Below, in pieces: positions 8,457 through 17,058 of a stretch of DNA of 45,388 bases; the stretch's first letter is position 1, and every line of letters begins with the position of its first letter. This stretch comes from an uncultured bacterium (GTDB taxonomy: Bacteria; Zhuqueibacterota; QNDG01; DTFT01): positions 1 through 45,388 of the forward strand of contig CAZNXX010000003.1 of NCBI GenBank assembly GCA_964577095.1, given 5' to 3'. Position numbers and translations under genes: made by a program. The notes below the pieces were generated by a model. It was not told the origin of the DNA, made no database searches, and saw nothing but the letters and a program-made list of their open reading frames with translations.

Positions 8457-8481
8457 AACTATGAACTATGAACCATGAACA
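8457..8481. repeat. Tandem heptamer array, about 3.5 x ATGAAC(T/C/A); inverted partner of 8369-8417
   Basis: AACT ATGAACT ATGAACC ATGAACA is the complement of GTTCATR units, 39 nt from the left arm. Confidence 0.95.
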
Positions 8482-8515
8482 TCCGATCGATCGGCCATCA
8501 TCAATCGAATAGGGA

Positions 8516-10138
8516 TTACTTTTTCATGTACCGGACGCTGAATGCGGGGATCAGCGGCTCTTTCGGCGCCGAAGCCTCGGCTGGCCCGCTGCCCACCTGT
8601 ATGTCCGCCGCGGACGTCTCGTACCGCATGCTCGGCCACCACGACACTTCGATCCGCACCGTGTAACGCCCGGACGGGACACGTTTCCCGCGGCGGTCCA
8701 GCAGATCCCAGGAATACGAATGCTTCCCCCAATCGATGCTCGCGCCGGTGACGCCGTCTGTGTCCTCGAATTTCGTGCGTTCCGCGAACTCCGGAAGATC
8801 GACCTGTTTCTCCTTCGCGAAACCGGAAAAACCGGAGACATACAGCGTCCGGACGTGCCGGCCCGAGGCGTCCTCCACCCAGACCGCGGTCTGGGGCTCG
8901 AGTTCGTCCTGAAAACCGAGATGGAAGGAAACCGCGACCCGTTCGCCCGAGGCCGCGGGCTTTGGATTCTCACGCAATCCGAATTCCCGGTATACGGAAG
9001 CGACCTGGGGCGCATCCGGACTGTTTTTCGCGAGCCCGGCCCAGACGCCCCTCCCCTTCTTCCGGTATCCGAAACCCAGCTGATACGCGGCTTCGGCCTG
9101 CAGGGAATCGGGCAGGTTCGGGTTCTTCGTCAGTTTTTCGAGAATGGCCAGCCCCTCGTCGATCCTGCCGACAAAAAACGGCATACCGACGCACACACTC
9201 GCGTACGCAAGCTGTATGGCCGGATCATCCGGGACGCGCCGGGCTGCGGTTTCCAGCACGCGGGCAACCTCGAAAGCCAGGTTGGTCCGCCAGTTCTGGT
9301 CCGCGTAAATCCGCTGATCATACCCGAAATCCGCCTCCGCTCCGAGCGCTCGGGCGAGCAGGAGTATGGATTCCACATCCGTCGTGTCCAGGCGCACGGC
9401 CCGGCGCAGCAGATCTGCGGCTTCGGCCCATCGACCCGCCGCAACCGCCGCCCTCCCTTTGGCCTTCAGGGACGCGGCGTTTTCCGCTTCCGCCGGAACA
9501 GGCTTCGCGGCCGGAACGGCAGGCGCCGCTTTCAGGCCGGCCAGTCCTTTTTTCGCGGCCGCCGCGTTCTCGCCATCGGGTTCGAGTGACAGGGTCTTTT
9601 CCCAGGCGGCCCGCGCCTCTTCCGACCGTCCGGCTGCCAGGTAGGCCTGTCCGAGAAAACGGTGCAGCACGGCCGTCTGGGCCGGGGGATGGGATCCGGG
9701 ATTCCGTTCGGCCAGCGATTTCGCGGTTTCCAGGTGAAGGAGACCGGCCTCCTGCTTTCCGAACAAAGGAGGTACGCTGACCGCGAACGCGCCGTAATAG
9801 AGATGTGCGTCGAAGTGGCCCGGATCCAGCTTCGTCGCGCGGTCCAGTTCCGCGAATGCCTCGATGACGTTCGCCATGGCGCCGGAAAAATCCCCGGCTT
9901 CCGCTTGTTTTCCCGAGAACTCCCCCAGGGATTCGGCCAGCCGGTAATGGGCGTCCGCGTTTTCCGGCAGGGCATCCGCTGCCTGCCGGAGGACGAACAC
10001 CGCCTCCTTGAACTTGCCCTGGGCTTTCAATCCCGCCGATTCTGTCAAGGCATTCTCAAGCACGGCCTGGCCGCCGATCGCGGTTCCCGCCAGAAAAAGC
10101 GCGGCCGCGCCACAGATCCGAATCAATGCTTTTTTCAT
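8516..10138 (-). CDS. Secreted TPR-repeat protein with C-terminal Ig-like (FlgD-Ig/DUF2271-like) domain
   Basis: 540 aa. Signal peptide MKKALIRICGAAALFLAGTAIGG. Ala/Leu-rich TPR-like repeats. C-terminal ..YSWDLLDRRGKRVPSGRYTVRIEV.. beta-sandwich-like segment. GGGAGGA RBS. Confidence 0.6.
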   Translation of the reverse strand: MKKALIRICGAAALFLAGTAIGGQAVLENALTESAGLKAQGKFKEAVFVLRQAADALPENADAHYRLAESLGEFSGKQAEAGDFSGAMANVIEAFAELDRATKLDPGHFDAHLYYGAFAVSVPPLFGKQEAGLLHLETAKSLAERNPGSHPPAQTAVLHRFLGQAYLAAGRSEEARAAWEKTLSLEPDGENAAAAKKGLAGLKAAPAVPAAKPVPAEAENAASLKAKGRAAVAAGRWAEAADLLRRAVRLDTTDVESILLLARALGAEADFGYDQRIYADQNWRTNLAFEVARVLETAARRVPDDPAIQLAYASVCVGMPFFVGRIDEGLAILEKLTKNPNLPDSLQAEAAYQLGFGYRKKGRGVWAGLAKNSPDAPQVASVYREFGLRENPKPAASGERVAVSFHLGFQDELEPQTAVWVEDASGRHVRTLYVSGFSGFAKEKQVDLPEFAERTKFEDTDGVTGASIDWGKHSYSWDLLDRRGKRVPSGRYTVRIEVSWWPSMRYETSAADIQVGSGPAEASAPKEPLIPAFSVRYMKK

Positions 10139-10149
10139 GATTCCTCCCT

Positions 10150-10947
10150 TCAGGGACCCGGCGCCGCTCCGGCGGCGGGCCCGGTGATGCGGAAAAACAG
10201 GCGCAGTCCGGCGTAGGTCAGTATCAGCCCCGCGATAAAGCAGACGGGCGACACATGGTCACGATACACGTACCATTGGAGTTTGGACTCGTCGAGGTTG
10301 ATGAAGAGCATGGAGACCGCGTTGTTCAGGCCGTGAATGACCACGCCGGGCCATATACTCCGGCCGCGCCAGGCCAGAATGCCCAGCACGACACCGAGCG
10401 CGAAAATCTGGAAGGTCCACCAGGGGTTGAAATGCAGAAAGGCGAACACGGCCGCGGTCACGCCGATGGCCTTGCCCGGCGGGCCGCTGCGCTCCAGCGA
10501 CGTCTGCAGGAAACCGCGGAACAGCATTTCCTCGACCACGCCGGCGACGATCACGGTCATCAGGACGACGAGCGCGGCCTCGCCAAGACTGTCGACCGTC
10601 ATGAACTCCTTCAGCGCGCGGAGGATGTGCTCGGGCATCGGGACCACGGACTGCACCATGCGGTCGAGCTCGTCCCCGAGTATGCCCACGCCCAGGCCGA
10701 GCGGCACGGAAGCGGCGAGCAGGCCGGGTTTCGCGGGAGAGAGCCGGAACGCCGAACGGAGCGGGTAGCGCCCCAGGACGATGAACAGAAGGGCCGGCGC
10801 GATCAGGCTGAGTTCCATGAGGAGAATCATCGGCTTGCTCTCCGATCCGCCGAACGCCAGCGTGAACCCGACGTAGAGCACGAAAGTCGCCGTGACCACG
10901 GCGAAAACGTCCCGGCTCCGCGGAAACCGTTCCGGTCCGGGGATCAT
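10150..10947 (-). CDS. CPBP family intramembrane glutamic endopeptidase (CAAX protease/Abi)
   Basis: 265 aa from the ATG at 10947 (MIPGPERF..). Motifs VVEEMLFRGFL, FAFLHF and VIHGLNN. The ATGA overlap with the hisS stop suggests translational coupling. The upstream part of ORF 10150..11640 lies out of frame inside hisS and is rejected. Confidence 0.85.
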   Translation of the reverse strand: MIPGPERFPRSRDVFAVVTATFVLYVGFTLAFGGSESKPMILLMELSLIAPALLFIVLGRYPLRSAFRLSPAKPGLLAASVPLGLGVGILGDELDRMVQSVVPMPEHILRALKEFMTVDSLGEAALVVLMTVIVAGVVEEMLFRGFLQTSLERSGPPGKAIGVTAAVFAFLHFNPWWTFQIFALGVVLGILAWRGRSIWPGVVIHGLNNAVSMLFINLDESKLQWYVYRDHVSPVCFIAGLILTYAGLRLFFRITGPAAGAAPGP

Positions 10948-12218
10948 GCGCCGGCCTCCTTCGCCTTCAGCGTCGCGGTCAACTCCACCCACGGCACCGC
11001 GGACTGGCCGCCGTCCGACATGGATTTCAGCTGCACGACGCGGCCCGCGATTTCCGATTCGCCGATCACAGCCACCCGGGCCGCGCCGCGGTTGTTCGCC
11101 TCGCGCATCTGGGCCTTGAGGCTCCGTTCGCCGAATCCCATGACCGCCTCGATTCCGGCGGCGCGGCACTCGGCGAGCAGGGTCACGGCCTGCCGCGCCG
11201 CGTCCGCGCCCAGGTGGGCGAAGTAAACGGCCGGCTTCGGCCTCGACGGCGCCGTTTCGGCGGCGGCCTGCTGTTTCAGCGTGAGAACGATCCGCTCGAT
11301 GCCCGAGGCGAACCCGACGCCGGGCGTCGCCGGCCCGCCCACGGCCTCGGCCAGTCCGTCGTAACGGCCGCCGCCGCACACCGCGTTCTGCGATCCGATG
11401 CCCTCGGCCCAAACCTCGAAGACCGTCTTGGTGTAGTAATCCAGACCCCGGACCAGCCTGTGGTTGAGCGTGACCGGCCGCTTGCGGTCGTCCAGAAAGG
11501 CGCGGAGCGCCCTGAAATGGGCTTCGCATTCGCCGCACAGGGAATCGGATATGGCCGGGGCGGCCGCGATCCCGGCCTGACAGCCGGGATTCTTGCAGTC
11601 CAGAAGACGGAGCGGATTCCGGACGAGCCGCTGGCGGCAATCTGTGCAGAGACCGTCTTCACGGGATCGGTAGTACGCGGAAAGCTTTTCCAGATAGGCC
11701 GGCCTGCATTTCGGGCATCCGATGCTGTTGATCTGAAACGAAAGGTTCCGGAACCCCAGTTCCTCGTACAGGTGAAAGGCCACGGACATGATCTCGAAAT
11801 CGAGGGCCGGGTCGGACTCCCCGATGGCCTCGACGTTGAACTGGGTGTGCTGGCGGAACCGGCCGGCCTGGGGCCTTTCGTAGCGGAAAACCGGGCCGAT
11901 CGACCAGACCTTGACGGGCTTCGGCCAGCTGGCGAGGCCGTTCTCGAGATAGGCCCGCATGACGCCCGCAGTGAATTCGGGCCGGAGCGTGATGGACGAG
12001 CCGCCCTTGTCCTCGAACGTGTACATTTCCTTTTCCACGATGTCCGTGCCCGCGCCCACGCCCCGCTTGTACAGGCCGGTGTCCTCGAAAACCGGTAGGT
12101 CGATCCGTTCGTACCCGTACAGCCGGGCGATGCGGCGGGCGGCCGTCTCGACCCTTTCCCAGTACGGCTGTTCGTCCGGAAGAACGTCCTTGGTGCCCTT
12201 GGGAGACTGAAAACTCAT
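10944..12218 (-). CDS. hisS: Histidine--tRNA ligase
   Basis: 424 aa. MSFQSPKGTKDVLPDE.. and class II aaRS motifs (..FRYERPQAGRFRQHTQ.., ..GGGRYDGL..). Confidence 0.95.
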   Translation of the reverse strand: MSFQSPKGTKDVLPDEQPYWERVETAARRIARLYGYERIDLPVFEDTGLYKRGVGAGTDIVEKEMYTFEDKGGSSITLRPEFTAGVMRAYLENGLASWPKPVKVWSIGPVFRYERPQAGRFRQHTQFNVEAIGESDPALDFEIMSVAFHLYEELGFRNLSFQINSIGCPKCRPAYLEKLSAYYRSREDGLCTDCRQRLVRNPLRLLDCKNPGCQAGIAAAPAISDSLCGECEAHFRALRAFLDDRKRPVTLNHRLVRGLDYYTKTVFEVWAEGIGSQNAVCGGGRYDGLAEAVGGPATPGVGFASGIERIVLTLKQQAAAETAPSRPKPAVYFAHLGADAARQAVTLLAECRAAGIEAVMGFGERSLKAQMREANNRGAARVAVIGESEIAGRVVQLKSMSDGGQSAVPWVELTATLKAKEAGA

Positions 12219-12512
12219 GGCGCTTCCTTTATGCTCAGGCCGGAAATCGGAAACCGCATCCGCAAATCAGCCCGATGTTCTGAGTCCTATCAACCGGATT
12301 TTATGATTTCAGGGAATCGAAAGAACTTTAATTTAAGTAATGAACCGCCAAAAGCCAACTCTTTTTTCTCTTTTACGGTTGATATTGAAAATTGTTTTCC
12401 TTAAATTTACACCGATTTCCGCGCCGACTGATCCGCTTCCGGACCGGTTGACTGGCCATAGAGGCCGGATGTTCCGCTTCCGGCTCTCCTCACCTTCCAA
12501 GCAGGAGATTCC

Positions 12513-13628
12513 ATGTCTGAACCCGTAACCCTGGTGCCTTTCGATTTGCTCGAACGGTTCATGACCGATGCTTTCCGCAGGCTCGGAATGTCCGACGCGG
12601 ATGCCGCGGTCTCGGCCGACGTGCTCATCACGGCGGACAAGCAGGGCATTGACACGCACGGCGTCAGCCGATTCAAATCCATCTATGTGGACCGCATCGC
12701 CGCGGGACAGGTGAATCCGCGGGCTGTACCGGAATTCGTCCGCCGCGGTCCGTCGACCGCGGTCATCGACGGCCGCAACGGGATGGGCCAGGTGATTTCA
12801 AAAACGGCCATGTCCGCGGCCATGGAAATGGCCCGCGACACGGGCATGGGCATGGCTGTGGTGAAAAACTCGAATCATTACGGCATCGCGGGTTACTATG
12901 TTTCCATGGCCGCTTCCGGGGGGCTCATCGGCATCACCGGCACCAACGCCAGGCCCTCCGTTGCGCCGACATTCGGATCCGAACCCATTCTGGGCACGAA
13001 TCCGCTCGCCTTTGGGATCCCGACGGACGAGGACTTCCCCTTTATTCTGGACTGCGCGACTTCCGCATCGCAAAGGGGCAAAATCGAGGTGGCCGCGAGA
13101 ACCGGCCGGCCGGTTCCGGACGGCTGGGCCATGGACAGCCGGGGAAATGACGTTCACGACGCGGCGGCTCTGCTGAAGGGCCTGAGCGCGGGGACCGCCT
13201 CTCTCCTGCCGCTGGGCGGACAGGGCGAAACCACGGGCGGACACAAAGGGTACGGGTACGCAACGGTTGTGGAAATTCTCTCCTCGGCGCTGGCGGGAGG
13301 CGCGTTTCTGGCCGGGCTCGCGGGTTCGGCGGAGAACGGAAAGCCGTCGCCCCTGGGGCTCGGCCATTTCTTCATCGCCGTCGACGTCGCGGCATTCAGG
13401 GATCCGGCGTCGTTCCGCAGGCACGCGGGAAACATCCTGCGGGAATTGCGCGCCTCCGCCAGAGCCCAGGGCCGGGACCGCATCTTTACGGCCGGAGAAA
13501 AGGAATACATCGCCTGGCTGGAGAGAAAAGAAAAGGGCGTGTCCATGGACACGCCCCTGTGCGGGGAATTCCTGAAAGTGCGGGATGAACTGAGGATGAC
13601 GGAGTACCGTTTCCCCTTCGAGCCGTGA
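12513..13628 (+). CDS. Ldh_2 family (malate/L-lactate/sulfolactate-type) NAD(P)H-dependent oxidoreductase
   Basis: 371 aa. ..ADKQGIDTHGVSRF.., ..NSNHYGIAGYY.. and ..GTNPLAFGIP.. are typical of the type-2 Mdh/Ldh family. AGGAGA RBS. Confidence 0.8.
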   Translation: MSEPVTLVPFDLLERFMTDAFRRLGMSDADAAVSADVLITADKQGIDTHGVSRFKSIYVDRIAAGQVNPRAVPEFVRRGPSTAVIDGRNGMGQVISKTAMSAAMEMARDTGMGMAVVKNSNHYGIAGYYVSMAASGGLIGITGTNARPSVAPTFGSEPILGTNPLAFGIPTDEDFPFILDCATSASQRGKIEVAARTGRPVPDGWAMDSRGNDVHDAAALLKGLSAGTASLLPLGGQGETTGGHKGYGYATVVEILSSALAGGAFLAGLAGSAENGKPSPLGLGHFFIAVDVAAFRDPASFRRHAGNILRELRASARAQGRDRIFTAGEKEYIAWLERKEKGVSMDTPLCGEFLKVRDELRMTEYRFPFEP

Positions 13629-13633
13629 TCCGT

Positions 13634-13975
13634 TCAGGTGCTGTGTCCGGCCTCGCCGCAGGTGACGGTTCCATCCGCCGGGTCATAGCCGTACTGACCG
13701 ACGACCGGGCACTCCGGTTCAGCGTCAAAGTAACGCGGCACCAGGTCCCCGACCTGCGAGGGAGGCTGACCGGGATTCGGGTTCGCGTCGTCGATGATGT
13801 ACATGGTGCAGGCGCTCCGGATCGCGCACTGATTTCGCCTGCAGGCCGCCGCTTCCGCGCTCTCGTCCAGTCCAATGAACCTGGGCACGGCGATACCCGC
13901 CATCACGCCGATCATGGCAATGACAACGGCCAATTCGAGCAGGGTGAAGCCCCGCTCGGATTCCGAGCGTTTCAT
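13634..13975 (-). CDS. Prepilin-type N-terminal cleavage/methylation domain protein (small pilin/pseudopilin-like)
   Basis: 113 aa from the ATG at 13975 (AAAGGA RBS). Leader MKRSESERG followed by FTLLELAVVIAMIGVMAGIAVP. Cys-containing C-terminal region. The longer ORF start at 14089 is rejected. Confidence 0.8.
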   Translation of the reverse strand: MKRSESERGFTLLELAVVIAMIGVMAGIAVPRFIGLDESAEAAACRRNQCAIRSACTMYIIDDANPNPGQPPSQVGDLVPRYFDAEPECPVVGQYGYDPADGTVTCGEAGHST

Positions 13976-14168
13976 GGTGAATTCCTTTCCTTTTCCCCGG
14001 TACTGCGGAACGGGTAGCCAGCCCGATCCGGTATGATAGTGATAAAAATAACACCCATCGAATAAAAAGTCAATGCGCTGCAGCGTCATTTTACATGCAT
14101 GACGAAATCGTCATAATTCGCGGCCGTCTCCGTCCATCAGGCTGGGTCTCCGCAAATTCAATATTCAT

Positions 14169-14197
14169 TTGACCTTTCATCGCGCTTTCTATATATT
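14169..14197 (+). promoter_or_regulatory. Sigma70-like promoter TTGACC-N17-TATATT upstream of the helicase gene
   Basis: Hexamers at 14169-14174 and 14192-14197. This would give a leader of about 70 nt before the TTG start at 14275. Confidence 0.4.
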
Positions 14198-14274
14198 GTC
14201 CTGACAACCCCGGCGCTGTCGGCCCCCTTGAACCCCGGCAGACCGGACCCGATACAATCACAGGAGAGGATTCA

Positions 14275-15756
14275 TTGAACGAAACGACCCAGACAACAGG
14301 CATGGAACCGGCAGAATCCCTGCCCGAATTGACGGTTGAAACCCTTCCCGGACGCCTCCGGGAAGCGGTAAGCCGGGCGGGATGGACCGCGCTCATGCCC
14401 GTGCAGGCGCGCGGCATCCCCTACCTTCTGGCCAAAAAAGACATGATGATACAGGCGCGCACCGGAAGCGGCAAGACCGGCGCTTTTCTGCTGCCCATGC
14501 TCGAGCGGCTCGACGCGTCGAAGGACCGCTGCCAGGCGCTGATCCTCGTTCCCACGCGCGAGCTCGCTGTTCAGGTGTTCCGGGAAACCGAAACGCTGTG
14601 CGTGCCCGCGGGACTCCGCTCCGTGGCCGTGTACGGCGGGGTCGGTTACGGCAGTCAGACGGACGCCCTGAAGAAAGGCGCGCACATCGTGGTCGGAACC
14701 CCCGGCCGGGTGCTCGACCACCTGCTCCGGCGGACTTTCTCCCTGGACCGCCTGGAAATCCTGATCTTCGACGAAGCCGACCGCATGCTGTCCATGGGTT
14801 TCTACCCGGACATGCGGAAGGTGCAGAGCTACCTGCCGAAACGGCCCGTGCACACCTGCATGTTCTCGGCCACCTTCCCTTCGGATGTGATGCACACCGC
14901 GGCCGACTTCATGCACCAGCCCGAGTTCCTCAGCCTGAGCCGCGACCACGTCCACGTGACGGACACCGAGCACGTCATATACACGGTTCCGCCGATGGAC
15001 AAGGAGCGCAGTCTGGTCCGGTTCATCGAGATCGAGAACCCCGCGTCCGCCATCGTCTTCTGCAACACCAAGACCCGCGTCCATTTCGTGGCCGTGGTGC
15101 TCCAGCGGTACGGCTACGACGCGGACGAACTGAGCGCCGACCTCTCGCAGAACGACCGGGAGCGCGTTCTGGACCGCGTGCGTGGCGGGACGCTCCGCTT
15201 CCTGGTGGCCACGGACGTGGCCGCACGGGGCCTCGACATCCCGGATCTCTCGCATGTCATTCATTACGAGCCGCCGGAGGATCCGGAGGGATACATCCAC
15301 CGTTCGGGAAGAACCGGACGGGCCGGCGCGACCGGCACGGCCGTTTCCTTCGTCACGACCCTCGAGCGCTTCGACCTCGACCGGATCGCGAAACGGTACG
15401 GCATCGACATGACCGAGCGCCCGCTTCCGACGGACGCGGACGTGGAGAACATCGTGGCCGAGCGGCTGACGGCTCTGCTCGAGGCGCGGCTTCGCGAGCG
15501 GGACAAACTGCAGGCGGAACGCAGCCTGCGTTTCGTCCCGCTCGCGCGCAGTCTGGCCGAGAACGAGGAGGAATCGGCCGTGGTCGCCATGCTGCTCGAC
15601 GATTATTACCAGCAACTGCTCCACGCGCCCGTTCCTCGACCGTCGGATAAGCCGGTCGAGGAAAAGTCGTACCAGACGGATGAAAGACCGGCCGGCCGGA
15701 GACCCCGCAGGGACGGCCGCGACGGCAGGCGCGACGGCCGCAGCAGACGGCGCTGA
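14275..15756 (+). CDS. DEAD-box ATP-dependent RNA helicase with Arg/Gly/Asp-rich C-terminal tail
   Basis: 493 aa. Motifs ARTGSGKT, PTRELA, FDEADRML, SAT and HRSGRTGRAG. TTG start 5 nt after AGGAGAGGA (alternative ATG at 14302). Confidence 0.9.
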   Translation: MNETTQTTGMEPAESLPELTVETLPGRLREAVSRAGWTALMPVQARGIPYLLAKKDMMIQARTGSGKTGAFLLPMLERLDASKDRCQALILVPTRELAVQVFRETETLCVPAGLRSVAVYGGVGYGSQTDALKKGAHIVVGTPGRVLDHLLRRTFSLDRLEILIFDEADRMLSMGFYPDMRKVQSYLPKRPVHTCMFSATFPSDVMHTAADFMHQPEFLSLSRDHVHVTDTEHVIYTVPPMDKERSLVRFIEIENPASAIVFCNTKTRVHFVAVVLQRYGYDADELSADLSQNDRERVLDRVRGGTLRFLVATDVAARGLDIPDLSHVIHYEPPEDPEGYIHRSGRTGRAGATGTAVSFVTTLERFDLDRIAKRYGIDMTERPLPTDADVENIVAERLTALLEARLRERDKLQAERSLRFVPLARSLAENEEESAVVAMLLDDYYQQLLHAPVPRPSDKPVEEKSYQTDERPAGRRPRRDGRDGRRDGRSRRR

Positions 15757-15790
15757 GACCGGACACGTTCGGTTCAAATTTCAGAGAAAT

Positions 15791-15838
15791 GTAGGTCCGA
15801 AATGCCTCGCCCCGCTTTGCGGGGCGAGGCTTTCGGAC
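15791..15838 (+). repeat. Solitary REP unit, type A
   Basis: GTAGGTCCGAAATGCCTCGCCCCGCTTTGCGGGGCGAGGCTTTCGGAC. Same head and outer stem as 413-456. It lies between the helicase stop and the next gene. Confidence 0.8.
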
Positions 15839-15886
15839 GGCGCACCGGCAGGAATCCCCCCGCCTCTCCGGATGGAGGATCTTTCG

Positions 15887-16237
15887 ATGTCCCTTCCCCT
15901 GTTCAAAACGCTCGTGTCCATCCCCTGGCCGACACTGCTCAAGCGCGCGCCCCTGCTGGTCCAGATGGCGGAGGCCCTTCTCCTGGGCACCACGCACAGC
16001 CGGAAAGACGGGGCGGCCGCAGACGAATCCGCCTCGCTCCGGGAACGGATTTCGGCGCTCGAGGCGCATGACCGAAGGGACGCTGAACTGGTCAAACAGC
16101 TCGCGGAACAGGTGGAGGCCCTCACGTTGACGGTCCGCATCATGGCGGCGCGTCAGAAGGCCATATTCTGGATGGCCGGCCTGGGATTCGGCCTGCTCTT
16201 CGCGGCACTGGTCGCGGGCCTTCTGCTCAGACCCTGA
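15887..16237 (+). CDS. Hypothetical coiled-coil protein with C-terminal transmembrane anchor
   Basis: 116 aa from the ATG at 15887 (GGAGGA 7 nt upstream). Heptad-like ..LRERISALEAHDRRDAELVKQLAEQVEALTL.. then the hydrophobic IFWMAGLGFGLLFAALVAGLLL. The 5' part of ORF 15680.. runs through the REP and is rejected. Confidence 0.55.
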   Translation: MSLPLFKTLVSIPWPTLLKRAPLLVQMAEALLLGTTHSRKDGAAADESASLRERISALEAHDRRDAELVKQLAEQVEALTLTVRIMAARQKAIFWMAGLGFGLLFAALVAGLLLRP

Positions 16238-16268
16238 CGCTTTCGATCATGAGAGGATTCGCAGATTA

Positions 16269-16739
16269 ATGGACGGCGTGCTGAAAACAGCGGACGAACT
16301 GGAGGAACTGGCCGGTCATTGGCGGCCGGTTCTTCTCGGCTGGCCCGACAGCGGCGTATCCGCGAAGGAAAGCGAGGAGCGGTGGTCGATCCAGGAAATC
16401 ATCGGCCACCTCGTGGATTCCGCAGGAAACAACATCCAGCGCTTCGTGCGCCTGCAATGCGCGAAGGAACTGGCCTTCCCGGATTACACTTCGGACAATG
16501 AAGCATGGGTTGCGATCCAGGGATACCGGGACGAGGACTGGACCCGCCTCGTGGACCTGTGGGCCGGATTGAACCTGCACATCGTCCATCTGCTCCGGCG
16601 GGTGAGGCCGGACACGCTCAATCACGTATGGAACGAGGGCCCGGAATCGCCCGTGACGCTCCGGGAGCTGATCTCCGCGTACGTGTCGCATCAGAAAATG
16701 CATCTGGAGCAGGCCGCGGAGAGGATGGCGGGGAGATAA
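16269..16739 (+). CDS. DinB-family (DinB_2-like) metal-dependent protein
   Basis: 156 aa. ..WSIQEIIGHLVDSAGNNIQRF.. and the C-terminal ..YVSHQKMHLEQ.. His residues are typical of the four-helix DinB fold. Confidence 0.7.
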   Translation: MDGVLKTADELEELAGHWRPVLLGWPDSGVSAKESEERWSIQEIIGHLVDSAGNNIQRFVRLQCAKELAFPDYTSDNEAWVAIQGYRDEDWTRLVDLWAGLNLHIVHLLRRVRPDTLNHVWNEGPESPVTLRELISAYVSHQKMHLEQAAERMAGR

Positions 16740-16744
16740 GAGAA

Positions 16745-16800
16745 GTTCCGAGTTCCGAGTTCCGAGTTCCGAGTTCCGAGTTCCAGAATTCGAGTTTTAG
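16745..16800. repeat. Tandem heptamer array, 5 x GTTCCGA plus 3 degenerate units
   Basis: GTTCCGA x5 (16745-16779), then GTTCCAG, AATTCGA and GTTTTAG. It starts 6 nt after the DinB stop. Confidence 0.95.
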
Positions 16801-16973
16801 TTGTTGGGCCGATACACATAGTCCATTTTCACCAAGGGAATCGCATACTGGGCTCCTCATGGAATAGCTCCGACGATTCCCCCGAATTTTCCAACTCAGC
16901 ATGACCATCCGACGATCAACTATGCGTCGCCATCGCATGTGCGGGATCATCGTGGTTCTCCGTCTTCGTATGC

Positions 16974-17017
16974 AAATAAAAACGCTCCGGAAGGTTTCTA
17001 TCCTCCTGGAGCGTTTT
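16974..17017. terminator. Bidirectional rho-independent terminator between convergent genes
   Basis: AAAACGCTCC (16979-16988) pairs with GGAGCGTTTT (17008-17017). An A-run lies upstream and a T-run downstream, so it reads as hairpin plus U-tract on both strands. Confidence 0.65.
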
Positions 17018-17058
17018 ACATTGAATCCTGTTTAACGACGGACTAACTCTCTCCACCC

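Noticed and set aside
8369-8481. Could the short tandem arrays (8369-8481, 16745-17093, 31604-32142, 36517-36553, 38439-38486) be CRISPR arrays?
   Set aside because: The units are 7-10 bp and directly abutting, with no unique spacers. CRISPR repeats are about 24-48 bp, separated by spacers of similar length. No cas genes are in the window.
10948-11640. N-terminal 231 aa of ORF 10150..11640(-) upstream of the CPBP protease domain
   Set aside because: This part lies inside hisS in another frame and is an Arg/Gly-rich nonsense translation. The ATG at 10947, overlapping the hisS stop (ATGA), gives a normal-length CPBP protein.
12219-12512. T-box or other riboswitch in the hisS leader, and the divergent promoter region
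   Set aside because: No specifier or T-box-like conserved sequence, or any other riboswitch signature, could be recognised. Only weak sigma70-like hexamers are present (for example TTGATA-N17-TAAATT at 12379-12407).
16901-17035. 44-codon plus-strand ORF (MTIRRSTMRRHRMCG..) between the heptamer arms
   Set aside because: It has no Shine-Dalgarno and reads straight through the bidirectional terminator hairpin. It is too short and basic to support without other evidence.
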